Virus record (IMG/VR): IMGVR_UViG_3300022934_000025
Location: 1 to 55,753 of that record
Strand: one strand, 5' to 3'
Source of the DNA: a virus
Lineage: Duplodnaviria; Caudoviricetes
Length of the DNA: 55,753 nucleotides
Shown here: one piece after another, positions 9,061-19,092 of the stretch
How positions within the stretch are numbered: position 1 is the first letter of the stretch
Layout of the letters: each line of letters begins with the position of its first letter
Notes under the pieces: generated by a model
Told to the model about the DNA's origin: nothing
Seen by the model: the letters and a program-made list of their open reading frames with translations, nothing else
Databases searched by the model: none
Program-made: the position numbers and the translations under genes

Positions 9061-12000
9061 CCTGCTTGCCCCATCAAACTAGCAATACCCAAAAGTTCGC
9101 GGTCTTCGGGAAATAAAGCTGCAAACCTAGCCCTATCAACTTGCCCTGAAGGGGTATTAGTTGGCTGGGGAGCCGCAGACGCAAGTTGCGTGGGCATAGG
9201 CGCAGCACCGCCGCCCTGAGTGGGAGGTTGGGCAGGTGGTACGAGAGCCCCTTGCTGGTTAGCAGGAGGCAAATTCTGTGGAAGATTTATTGGACGACTT
9301 GCTGGTTCTGGCGCTTCGTAATCGTCTTCTTCGATTACTGGTCTTGTGCCAAGTGGTATACGTCTTCCAGTTTGTCGAGCCAATGGTTCAAATACTTTTT
9401 CGAGAGCAGACATAGCGGCGTCTGCTTGTTTCTTGTCGTTAATTTCTTTCATCATCGCAGCAAGCAACTTAGGGTTAGAGAACATTTCTGTCATAACCTT
9501 TATACGTTGCGTCTCTGGTCCGCGAAGCAAGACACGCTGCACAAGCTCAGAACCGGTTTGTTCCGCGATAAGACCTCCGCTCATTCCGGGCATACCAAGA
9601 AACTTTTTCAATTGTTGTTGCGCCGCCGCACCGGCAGTAGCACCACCAATTCGGACGTAAAACAACTTAGCCAAACTGGGGTTTTTAAACAGGACGTTTT
9701 CAAAATCACCCGTTGCAAAAGCTTCCTCTACGCCGCGTAGAGTTTTTACGGCCTTTTGTACTTCGTCCATTTCGTCTTCAGTAGAAAGACCCTTCCGTAT
9801 CAGGAAGTCTTTCATAGAAAACTTAACGTCGGGTTGCACACCTTCTAATTGCCCAAACAAGGATTTTTGTAAGGCGTCACCATTCGGCAATCCTGCGGTG
9901 TTGTTAGCCTTACGAAGCGCATTGTTGAAAATAGCGGATTTCAAACCCTGCATCGCTTGACTGCGTGTATATTCACTACCAGCGTAATCAGCTTCGTCTA
10001 CCATTTGGTAGAGCTTGTTAAGTGCTAACGTTGGACGCTCTGACGCCAGTGCTTTCGCAACAGCTTTTCCGGGGTCCTCAAATTCAAGGACGCTTTGAAA
10101 TGCTTTAGTTGCATACAATCTGTCTATCTGGTCGGGCGTAAATCCTGCCTGCTTGGCCCGTGACGGGCTCATCATGTTGGAGGCATCGACTAACATGTTG
10201 TCAAAGGCCTTTTGAGCAGAAACGGCATCAGTTAGATCGACCTCTAAATCCGGTATTAGCGCGAAGAGTTCTTTCGTTCCCGGCTGATCTTTGAATGTAT
10301 CTAGTTTTCTTTGGTTAACTTGAAACGTCTCAATAATTTCATTTGGATTAGCGGGGTTCGGTATGGACTTTTTATCCATAATCTTGCTTAACGAATCTCG
10401 TAGCGCGGCACTCATTAATTCATCAGCGTCCATTACCAAAGCCTCTGCTTCAGTTAATCCGCCTTCATCAACAAGGAATCTACCTGCGGCACGAATTTGG
10501 TCAAACCGTTTGGCCGTGCTTAGATTACCGCCTCTAAAAACAGTATCCAGTAGGTTTTGAGGGTCAAGTATTAATCCTCTGTTTCTATCAGTAGCTGTAA
10601 GATCGCTTAAAAAACTACGCGTAAAGACGTTATTTCTAGCAAAGGTATATGCGCGGGCCGCGTTGTAAGCCTCAGAAGCCCCGTCTTGTTGACCAGTCAA
10701 ATCGCGCAGTAAAGCGTCGCTAATTTTGTCCAAACGTCCAGCATTTACGGTGTCGCCGGTTTTACGCAATTGTGCGGCACGGTTCAGTAAGCCTGAACGC
10801 ATTTCAAAAAACTTTTGCGCGGTTGCGGGGTTACGTCCTGTTTGGTTTTGGAAGTAATCTCGCAAATCATCAATATCTTTTTGGTAACCCGACAAAGCAC
10901 TTTCTAAGTCTCTTTGAGCGCCTTTTGATGCAAAGTTCAAACCACCGTCTCTTGAAGGACGGTCTAACAATTGCAGCACATTGGGTTGTTGAATTTCTCG
11001 ACCATTCTTCGCAAAAAACTGAGTTAATGGGTAGCTGCCGACTTCTTTCCAGAGCCGTTGTTCGCGGACTTTGCTTAAATCAATTTGATTTTTAAGCACG
11101 TCATACAGTTTTTCTGACAGGTTTACTCTGTCGGACGCTGCCGTTACATCACGTCCTATAACCGTTGACGCGGAGTCCATCAGCTTTGCTACGGAAGCAT
11201 CAACGTTATCTAAAATGTTTTGTTCAAACAGCCCTTGTTGGATTCGCGCCGCATAAGCTAGGGCCAATGGGTCTCCAGTCGCAGTCAAAGCACGAATGGC
11301 GTTGATTGCGCCAGCTTGCATTTCTTCTCGACCACGGCCTGTGGCTACTTTTAAGTCTTCGCTTGATTTAGCTAATTCGTTTTGAATGGTGCGCAGTGTA
11401 GGAGAAAAATCTAAACCCGCCATCTGGGCCAAATCAGCAACCGTTGGCGTGACTTCTTGGCCGTCAGCGCCTTTACGAACAACATCGGCTTCTTTACCAA
11501 GCTCTTCAATAAACTTGGCTAGTTTTTCATCTGCCGTAATGACACGCCCATCTGGGCCTACTGATTCAGCAAATTCTTCAGAGCGTTCCAAAGCCTGAAT
11601 AATACGTTTTGCACTGTCTTTTCTTAACGCGTCTGAAAGCAAGCCATCACGTTTTTCAGCGTTACTGGTGTTACCCCACCAGTTGCGCATAGTTCTAAAC
11701 AAGGCTTTACCGGCATCCGGGCCACTATCTACGAGGATTTGTGCAGGTATAGGAATAATCAACGAGCCTGCAAGCTCATAACCTACTCTTGCCCCTTCGT
11801 CATAAGGAGACATCTCTTGCGCAATGTAGGCCCCTGTTCCGGCCCCGCCTGCAACTAAACCTTCTGCGCCTAAAAATTTACCGGGATTTTCTCTAGCAAA
11901 CCGCATTGAACGATCAATGCCGCCTTCAATACCCGCGACTACTCTGGTGCCCACCGGTCCTTTTCTAGGATCAAAAACGTAACCCGCTGGATTAAATCTG

Positions 12001-12857
12001 CCGATACCAAGGTCTACACCAAGACCACCACCAAACATTTTGCCACGCTCGGAAGCTACGGCTCTGGCCCGTGAGGCGCGTTCAAATAACTTTGTAGCAG
12101 CCTTTTCGCTCAAACCTGCGTTTTTTGCGGCAAGCTGAAAAGCTTCGTCGGCCACGTCAACGTATTTGCCGTTCGAAACCTGTTTAAAGTTCTCAAGGAA
12201 CTCAATAGCACCTGTTTTGGCTTTGGGTATTGTGGGGGCCAGTTTCCATGGTGACGCCAACATTGACAACGCAAACATGCCTGTCTCACCGCCACGATAA
12301 GCAGGTTCAAGTGAAGGCACGACTGGAGCAGCTTCTCCAAGCACGGCGTCTTCTACTTCACCTGCACCGAGAGCGCCCAAAATAGCGCCGCCGATACCGC
12401 CGATACCGTAAACAATACCTTTTGCGGCTAGTCCGGGTAATCCAACCGGAGGAATCATGGCAGCTACAGGCGTTACAGCAGCGAGACCAGCCTTAAAACC
12501 AAGGCCGCCACCAACAGTTTCCGGAATCATACGAGCCGCGCCGCTTCCAGCGGCTTTTAAACCCGAAAAGCTGCCTTTTTCTGGGTCGTATTTACCGTAA
12601 TCTTCGACGTTGGTAAAAATAGTAAGCATTTCTTCTGGAGAAATGTTGCGTTCTTCGGGCGCAATACCTTTATACCGGTCCAGTTTGTCCAATATAGGGT
12701 GTGTACCATTAGCCAAGCTTTCTCGCGTAAGGGGTGCGTCTAACTCAAGTTCCTCATTGGCAATGGACAAGATGCCGTCAACGGTCTTGTCCAAACCTTG
12801 AGTTTCCATCAAGTTTTCAAACTGCGGCCTTGTAAGTTGAACTAACGCATCTGCCAT
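9057..12857 (-). CDS. Large internal virion / DNA ejection protein
   Basis: 1266 aa, helical, Gly-rich hydrophobic segments; position at end of tail module. Confidence 0.65.
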   Translation of the reverse strand: MADALVQLTRPQFENLMETQGLDKTVDGILSIANEELELDAPLTRESLANGTHPILDKLDRYKGIAPEERNISPEEMLTIFTNVEDYGKYDPEKGSFSGLKAAGSGAARMIPETVGGGLGFKAGLAAVTPVAAMIPPVGLPGLAAKGIVYGIGGIGGAILGALGAGEVEDAVLGEAAPVVPSLEPAYRGGETGMFALSMLASPWKLAPTIPKAKTGAIEFLENFKQVSNGKYVDVADEAFQLAAKNAGLSEKAATKLFERASRARAVASERGKMFGGGLGVDLGIGRFNPAGYVFDPRKGPVGTRVVAGIEGGIDRSMRFARENPGKFLGAEGLVAGGAGTGAYIAQEMSPYDEGARVGYELAGSLIIPIPAQILVDSGPDAGKALFRTMRNWWGNTSNAEKRDGLLSDALRKDSAKRIIQALERSEEFAESVGPDGRVITADEKLAKFIEELGKEADVVRKGADGQEVTPTVADLAQMAGLDFSPTLRTIQNELAKSSEDLKVATGRGREEMQAGAINAIRALTATGDPLALAYAARIQQGLFEQNILDNVDASVAKLMDSASTVIGRDVTAASDRVNLSEKLYDVLKNQIDLSKVREQRLWKEVGSYPLTQFFAKNGREIQQPNVLQLLDRPSRDGGLNFASKGAQRDLESALSGYQKDIDDLRDYFQNQTGRNPATAQKFFEMRSGLLNRAAQLRKTGDTVNAGRLDKISDALLRDLTGQQDGASEAYNAARAYTFARNNVFTRSFLSDLTATDRNRGLILDPQNLLDTVFRGGNLSTAKRFDQIRAAGRFLVDEGGLTEAEALVMDADELMSAALRDSLSKIMDKKSIPNPANPNEIIETFQVNQRKLDTFKDQPGTKELFALIPDLEVDLTDAVSAQKAFDNMLVDASNMMSPSRAKQAGFTPDQIDRLYATKAFQSVLEFEDPGKAVAKALASERPTLALNKLYQMVDEADYAGSEYTRSQAMQGLKSAIFNNALRKANNTAGLPNGDALQKSLFGQLEGVQPDVKFSMKDFLIRKGLSTEDEMDEVQKAVKTLRGVEEAFATGDFENVLFKNPSLAKLFYVRIGGATAGAAAQQQLKKFLGMPGMSGGLIAEQTGSELVQRVLLRGPETQRIKVMTEMFSNPKLLAAMMKEINDKKQADAAMSALEKVFEPLARQTGRRIPLGTRPVIEEDDYEAPEPASRPINLPQNLPPANQQGALVPPAQPPTQGGGAAPMPTQLASAAPQPTNTPSGQVDRARFAALFPEDRELLGIASLMGQAG

Positions 12858-15754
12858 TATTCTGCACCGTTGTTTTGTTTACGCATGTCCAAAATTTGCT
12901 GACGCGCTGTGTCAGTGCTTTGATCCTGTCCTTCGACGTTACTTGTCCTTACAGTCGGCTTGAAGTTAAAACCCTCTTGGAATTTAAGCACTTCGTTATA
13001 CAAAACCTTCAGCTTCTGCATATCTCTTCTAGCGCCAGTAAGCTGTTTTTCGGTGTACATACCCGGACGACCACCATATTCAGGTAGGATACTTGCACCC
13101 AATTGCAGTTGCTGTTTCAGCGTAGACTCAATTCCGGCCAGAGCGGCTTCAGCATCGGCGTCTGTTTTTAAGAACAATCCACCGGGACGTATATTGGTAG
13201 TTTCACGTTCAATAAGCTCTTGAACAAACTTTAGGATTCGACCGCTATCCGTGTCAGAGGTGTTATACTGCAAAATGTCGTTAGCCAAGTTATCTAAGCT
13301 AGTTGCTGCCTTTGCAATGTTCTTAGCACGTGGGCTGGCGTCTCCGCCAAACAATTCTGCGGAACCCTCTGAGAACAATCGGCCAATACCCGGAATTACT
13401 CTTGAAGCACCTATTACTTCTCTGTAATCCAACTCCGGATCAAACAAATAAGCAGGTGTGGTGTTCCAAACTGGCGATTCGGTATTAATAGAGCCATCCG
13501 CATTCACAATTTCTGTTGTGGCGGTCATCACATTTGCTTCTGGCTCTGGCATCGGTTGCCCGTCTTCGCCTAGTTCAATGCTCGTGATCCGTGTGTAGAG
13601 GTTCGGGTTACCCTGACGAACAGCATCAAGAACAACATCACTTAGTTTACCCGCAGAACCTTGGACATAACGCCCAGAGGTATCGTCCCAAACATCCTTG
13701 GCTGACGTATAGTCAAGTAAAGCTTGCTCATAAAGCGCGGTTTCGTCACCCAGAGTGCCTTCTGCAAACGCTTTCATACGCTCTGGGTTTGTGATGTAAG
13801 TCAATTCGTCGGTTTTAGCTTTGCTACCTACCTTAGTTGCATTTGCCACCATTCGGTCAATAGCCAAAGAGCCCAGCTTGTAAGCCTCGTCCAGAGCCTG
13901 CGCTCTTTCTGCAAGGCCAAGCGACACATCTTTTTGATCCGCGCCGCGTACTGCGAGAGCTTCATCAAAGGCTCTGTTAGTTTTGGCAATCGCTCTATCA
14001 ATCTCAGCTTGATCGGACGTAAATTGCTGCATTTCTTCTTGCATAAGCCTACGGAAGGCTTGATCGCTAAGTTGCAGATTTTCTCTTTGCGCACGGTTAA
14101 GAGCATTTTCCGCCGCAGTAAATGCGTTTTGAAGCTCTTGGTTTTCGCGCTCAATCGCACCGCGATGACTGGCAAGAGCAAGGTTTTGCTCATGCCCGCG
14201 TTCCATCTTGGAAATATCATTGATATGCAAGATATTGTCGCGTTGAAGCGTATTTTCGAAGGAAATCTGATTTTCAGCGATACGCAATTCACTACCCAGA
14301 CGCATGTTTTCTTTCTGAAGCTGGTCTTTGAGTAATGTGGCTTGTTGCGAGTTATCAAACTCAAGCGCGATAAGAGCTTGTTGGTTAGCAAACTGTTGTT
14401 CACGCACCGTGTCTTGATAGGCTTGTGTGTCCAACCGCTCTGACGTAGTAAAGTCAAAACGCTCTTGCTGCATCTGTCTGTTAAAGGCGTTGTTAATCTG
14501 TGCCAGTTCTTGTTGAAGCTGACCACGTAAGGTGATGTCTGCTTGGCTTTGTGCGCCTCGTAATTGTTGCAACAAGTTTTGAGCTTCAATTTTGCGGTTT
14601 GCCAGACGCATTTGGAAACTTTGGTTAGATTCGTTTTCTTCTCGGTTAAAAGCAAACGTTCTATCCATTTTCAAAAGTTCATGCGCTCGGTCTTCTGCTT
14701 TTTCTTTAGATTTCCAAGCACGTTCTGCCGCGGCAGCCTTATTGTCAGCATCTACTTTAAGCTCAAAAGCTAATTGATTTTCGGCAGCACCTAAAGCTGA
14801 CAGGTTTAGTGCCCGCTTTTCTTTCTTCTGGTCTTGTTTAAATTTCTGAAGCTCACCCGCACGGGCACTAATGTTACCCAATACCGGAGTAAACGCTTGA
14901 GCTAACCGCTCTGCGGGACTCATACGGGTTTCACCGGGCGTTGCAAACATCAAAGCGCCTTGTGCTACATCAAATAGCATTTGCGCTCTTGTCGTTTGTT
15001 GCTGGTCAGCAAATTCTGCTTCTTGATCGGCAAGTCCTAAAATGTCTCCATAAACCGCCTGTTTATCCTGATATATTTGTCCAAGGCGGCTATCACCACC
15101 GTTTGCCATGTAAGCTACGGAACCGCCTTGGTTAAAATTTACGGGAGCAGGCCCTCCTTGAGCCTGATCCGGACCGCCCATATTGACGGTGGACATAATG
15201 CCTTCTGCCATAGCTCCTTCGATTGGAGCGTTCATCTCTTCGGCAGCCAAACCGCCGATCCCTTGATCGACCGCTGCCATCATCATGACGGGCTGTACCA
15301 GTGCCAGCACTGATTCAGGAGTTTGTTGAGCATCTTCCTGTCCAACGACACTAGCCAGTTCTTGGTAGCGTTGTTCGATAGGCTGGTCATCACCTCGAAT
15401 ACCGTTCATTACGGTTTCGTAATCTTCGGCGTTTTCAAGATCGTCCATACCTTGCGCGTATTGAGTCAACATGCCTTCGAGCATTGCGGGGTCAATGCCA
15501 TTTTGCATAGCGCCTTGCGCTGCTTGATTGATGTCTACGCTGTTGGGATCAATCGCGGGCATACTCTGCGGACTCATCTGTGGTCCGGGTGCCGCGGGTG
15601 CTGGCATGGGAGCCATGCCCCCATCCTGCATTTCGATCACACCGCGACCAATCAATATATCTTTCTGGGTAACATTCCCATCCCCGCTAAGGTCGGGAAA
15701 GGCTGCACCCCCTTTAGCAAACATCTGTCTGCTCATAACTTCTCTATTCATCAT
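12857..15754 (-). CDS. Coiled-coil internal virion / ejection protein
   Basis: 965 aa, long Q/E/A/R heptad region, N-terminal PDLSGDGNVTQKDIL EF-hand-like loop. Confidence 0.65.
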   Translation of the reverse strand: MMNREVMSRQMFAKGGAAFPDLSGDGNVTQKDILIGRGVIEMQDGGMAPMPAPAAPGPQMSPQSMPAIDPNSVDINQAAQGAMQNGIDPAMLEGMLTQYAQGMDDLENAEDYETVMNGIRGDDQPIEQRYQELASVVGQEDAQQTPESVLALVQPVMMMAAVDQGIGGLAAEEMNAPIEGAMAEGIMSTVNMGGPDQAQGGPAPVNFNQGGSVAYMANGGDSRLGQIYQDKQAVYGDILGLADQEAEFADQQQTTRAQMLFDVAQGALMFATPGETRMSPAERLAQAFTPVLGNISARAGELQKFKQDQKKEKRALNLSALGAAENQLAFELKVDADNKAAAAERAWKSKEKAEDRAHELLKMDRTFAFNREENESNQSFQMRLANRKIEAQNLLQQLRGAQSQADITLRGQLQQELAQINNAFNRQMQQERFDFTTSERLDTQAYQDTVREQQFANQQALIALEFDNSQQATLLKDQLQKENMRLGSELRIAENQISFENTLQRDNILHINDISKMERGHEQNLALASHRGAIERENQELQNAFTAAENALNRAQRENLQLSDQAFRRLMQEEMQQFTSDQAEIDRAIAKTNRAFDEALAVRGADQKDVSLGLAERAQALDEAYKLGSLAIDRMVANATKVGSKAKTDELTYITNPERMKAFAEGTLGDETALYEQALLDYTSAKDVWDDTSGRYVQGSAGKLSDVVLDAVRQGNPNLYTRITSIELGEDGQPMPEPEANVMTATTEIVNADGSINTESPVWNTTPAYLFDPELDYREVIGASRVIPGIGRLFSEGSAELFGGDASPRAKNIAKAATSLDNLANDILQYNTSDTDSGRILKFVQELIERETTNIRPGGLFLKTDADAEAALAGIESTLKQQLQLGASILPEYGGRPGMYTEKQLTGARRDMQKLKVLYNEVLKFQEGFNFKPTVRTSNVEGQDQSTDTARQQILDMRKQNNGAE

Positions 15755-18700
15755 TAAAATAACCCCGCTTGTTTAGCACCTGCCGCTGCCGACAAGCCTG
15801 CTACACCCAAGCCTAAGATAGACTGGGCTGGTGATACACTTCCGCCAGATGCTTGGGTAACGCCCATCTGACTAGACGGCGCACCCTTATAAATGTCGGA
15901 GAGGAAGCCCACACGTTGGTAAGGCTCGTACATCTGCTCGACTTGCGTCTTACGTTCTGCTTCAAGAACCGCTTGATCTTGTGCTTGCTGTTGCTTACCA
16001 ACATCGAACAAGAAGCCTGCTTCTTTCTGACCCAAGTTTTGTTGCAGTTCGCCAAGAGCGCCCTGACGTAGGCCAAGCTGGCTAAGAGCGTCACCTTGTT
16101 GCAATGCAAGCTGACCGTATTGAGTACCAAGAGAACCAAGTCCCTCGCCCAAACGACCTTGTAGCTCTGATCCTTGCAAGCCAAGAGCGCCCGCCTGTTG
16201 AGAACCCTGCATAGCCATCTGAGCTTGGCCTTGACCAAGCTGACCAGATTGACTTGCCAATTGTCCTGCAAGCTGTTCGGCAGATATACCAAGTTGTGCA
16301 GCTTGACGTGCGATGTCGGCTTGTTGGCCGACGCCTTGCATGGCTAACGCACCCGTTTGCTGGTTCAATTGACCCGCTAACTGCGCTTGATTCATGCCTG
16401 TCTGGGCTGCAAGTTGTTGTAAATTCATTCCGGTGTTGGCCAAAGCTTGAGCGTTTGCAGAAGCCATTTGTTCTGCACTCATCCCTAGCTGTCCTGCTTG
16501 CTGCAACGCTGCTAGACCAAGCTGACCACCTTGTTGTGCAGCCTGTTGCTGCATTTGAGCGGCACTCATACCCAGACCAGCGGCTTGTCCAGCCAACTGA
16601 CCTTGTAGTTGAGACGCACTCATACCTAATTGTCCAGCCAATTGCTCTGCCGAAATACCGGTTTGAGCTTGTTGCTGGGCCGTCTGCGCGGCTAATTGCT
16701 CTGCGCTTAATCCTAGCTGACCGGCCTGTTGAGCGGTCTGGGCTAGAAGTTGTTGTGCAGACATACCAGTCTGGGCTTGCTGCCCGATCAAACGACCAGC
16801 CAATTCTTCTGCACTCATGCCCATCTGAGCCGCTTGACCCGCGAGTTGACCTTGCAATTGAGCAGAGGAGATGCCCAATTGTCCGGCCAACTGTTCTGCG
16901 GATTGACCTAATTGCCCTGCTTGCGCCAAGTTCGAAGCAGCTAATTGCTCCGCGGACAAAGCTTGTTGTCCCGCACTCAGTGAACCTTGCTGGGCCATTT
17001 GCTCTGCGGAAAGCCCTAGCTGTCCTGCTTGCGCCAGATTTGAAGCAGCTAATTGCTCCGCCGACAATCCAAGCTGTCCTGCTTGGTTGAAAGCAGACAA
17101 CCCTAACTGACCACCTTGTAATGCGCCTTGCTGGGCTAGTTGTTCTGCGGACATTCCCGTCTGAGCCGCTAACTGCTCTGCGGAAAGTCCTAGTTGTCCT
17201 TGTTGTTGCGCGGTCCGTGCAGCGAGTTCTTCTGCCGACAAACCAAGTTGTCCGGCAGCTTGTGCTGCTTGCATTCCGGCTTGCGAACCTTGAGCGCCCA
17301 ATGCCCCAGTAAGCTGTGCAGCCTGTTGCGCACGAGCTTGTTGAGATTCAAATGCTTGTTGTGCCCGTTGAGCCGCGCTTTCGAAGCCTTGCTGACGCAT
17401 ACCTGCGGCAGTTCTGGCCTGTTGTTCTAAGATATTTCTGCCTAATTCTTGTTCGGCAACAGCTTGTCTTGAGCCACCAAACGCTCCGGCGCTTACCGCT
17501 TGTGCGGCTAATTGATCGCCTTGAATTTGACCCGCTCTAGCGATGTCTTGCAAAGCTTGCTGAACCGCAGCATCTTCATACTGGTTCATAAATGCGCCAG
17601 ATGAAGCGGGGTCAAATCCGCCAGTCGTACCGGCCAAACCTGCAATACCTTGCTGGGCCGTCTGTGTTCCTAACGCACCCGCCGCTTGTAAGGCTTGAGC
17701 GGCATCACCTGTGATACCCCTAGCGCCGGAAATCGCGGCTTGAGTCTGTTGTGCAGCTTGTTGCGCTGCCGTTTGTCCGCCTGTTCTAGCTTGACCTGCA
17801 ACGTTTCGAGCCGCTTGCGCAATATCATCAACTCCGCCAATAGCTCTTTCATAAGCACCTAACCCACCAGCGGCAGCCGTTTGAGCCGCGGTCCGCGCTG
17901 CGCCACTTACGCCGCCTAAACCTTGGCCAGTCTGTTGTGCGGCTAACCGTGCTGCGGCAGTAGCGTCCGCTACACCAGCACCTGTTTGTTGTGCAGCTAA
18001 TCGTGCAGCATCACTTACACCACCCAATCCTTGAGCAGTGCCAGCGGCACCCATTCTTGCACCGAGACCAGCTTGAGAAGCAGCATCTGCGCCCGCCAAA
18101 CCTGCGGCGGCTAACGCTTGCTGGCCACCTGCGGCCTGCGCTCTGGCAGCATCAATTGCGCCTTGAGTCGCGGTCCCTGCCTCTTGAGCAGCTTGTAACG
18201 CGCCAATACCAGCTTGTTGTAATCCTGTTCCTGCACCCTGAACAGCACCTCGTGCAGCTTGAATAGCTGCGGCAGTGTCCGTTCCGGCTTGTTGTGCCGC
18301 GGCCCGCGCTCCGGTGCCCGCTTCTGTAGCAAAAGCTTGGCCTTGACCGGCAGCCGTGCCTAAATCGGCTTGTCCCGTGGCTGCGGCTTGTTGAGCAGCT
18401 AACGTAGCAGCATCCAAACCAGCTTGTGTGGTGTCCGCTTGCGTCAGGGCACCTTGTCCAAGATTGGCGGCAAGGTTTCGTGCAGCGGTATCTGCCGTGG
18501 CTAACCCTGTGCCAAGAGCATCTACACGCCCTGTAGCCGCGGCATCTTGAGCGGCTTGCGCAGCAATAAGATTTGCAGCCTGATTACCGGCAGCAACATC
18601 TTGTACTACGCCGGGAATGTTTGCAGCGGCAGTACCTAACGCTTGTTGACCACCGCCAGCGGCAGTTCTAGCACCAACAGCGGCAGTATCTAGTGCGCCT

Positions 18701-19092
18701 TGGGCCGCGGTCGTTGATGCGCCACCCGCGTCGATTGCACTTTGAATACCTTGTTGAGCCGCTTCTACCGCACCGGGTACATTAGCCAGACCCGCCTGCA
18801 TTGCAGCGGCAGCGTCTCGTTGAAAAGGTTCAGCCGCGGCCATCGCGCCGCCAATAGCGGTTTGGGCGTCGCCTAGTGTGTATCCAGCTTCTTGTAAATA
18901 AGGTTGGTATCCGCCGATCCCAGCTTCTGCCAGTTCGGTCGCTTTAATCTGTAGACCAGACATTTCCGCGACCATATAGGGCGGAATAGTCAGTCCTTGG
19001 TCGGCAAGAGCTTTAGCAGATTGGAGTAAGCCTATCTTATAGGCTTCAATTTCCGGGGCTTCGCGGACAATACTTGTTGTTTGTTCAGCCAT
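15754..19092 (-). CDS. Ala/Gln/Gly-rich repeat protein, putative DNA transfer (pilot/ejection) protein
   Basis: 1112 aa, many GQLG[LMI]SAEQLA repeats, AGAFGGSRQAV motif. Confidence 0.65.
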   Translation of the reverse strand: MAEQTTSIVREAPEIEAYKIGLLQSAKALADQGLTIPPYMVAEMSGLQIKATELAEAGIGGYQPYLQEAGYTLGDAQTAIGGAMAAAEPFQRDAAAAMQAGLANVPGAVEAAQQGIQSAIDAGGASTTAAQGALDTAAVGARTAAGGGQQALGTAAANIPGVVQDVAAGNQAANLIAAQAAQDAAATGRVDALGTGLATADTAARNLAANLGQGALTQADTTQAGLDAATLAAQQAAATGQADLGTAAGQGQAFATEAGTGARAAAQQAGTDTAAAIQAARGAVQGAGTGLQQAGIGALQAAQEAGTATQGAIDAARAQAAGGQQALAAAGLAGADAASQAGLGARMGAAGTAQGLGGVSDAARLAAQQTGAGVADATAAARLAAQQTGQGLGGVSGAARTAAQTAAAGGLGAYERAIGGVDDIAQAARNVAGQARTGGQTAAQQAAQQTQAAISGARGITGDAAQALQAAGALGTQTAQQGIAGLAGTTGGFDPASSGAFMNQYEDAAVQQALQDIARAGQIQGDQLAAQAVSAGAFGGSRQAVAEQELGRNILEQQARTAAGMRQQGFESAAQRAQQAFESQQARAQQAAQLTGALGAQGSQAGMQAAQAAGQLGLSAEELAARTAQQQGQLGLSAEQLAAQTGMSAEQLAQQGALQGGQLGLSAFNQAGQLGLSAEQLAASNLAQAGQLGLSAEQMAQQGSLSAGQQALSAEQLAASNLAQAGQLGQSAEQLAGQLGISSAQLQGQLAGQAAQMGMSAEELAGRLIGQQAQTGMSAQQLLAQTAQQAGQLGLSAEQLAAQTAQQQAQTGISAEQLAGQLGMSASQLQGQLAGQAAGLGMSAAQMQQQAAQQGGQLGLAALQQAGQLGMSAEQMASANAQALANTGMNLQQLAAQTGMNQAQLAGQLNQQTGALAMQGVGQQADIARQAAQLGISAEQLAGQLASQSGQLGQGQAQMAMQGSQQAGALGLQGSELQGRLGEGLGSLGTQYGQLALQQGDALSQLGLRQGALGELQQNLGQKEAGFLFDVGKQQQAQDQAVLEAERKTQVEQMYEPYQRVGFLSDIYKGAPSSQMGVTQASGGSVSPAQSILGLGVAGLSAAAGAKQAGLF

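Noticed and set aside
15813-17090. Long alternative-frame and antisense ORFs over repeat-rich genes (also 13724-14655, 27845-28318, 40216-40678)
   Set aside because: Shadow ORFs caused by biased codon usage of the real minus-strand genes.
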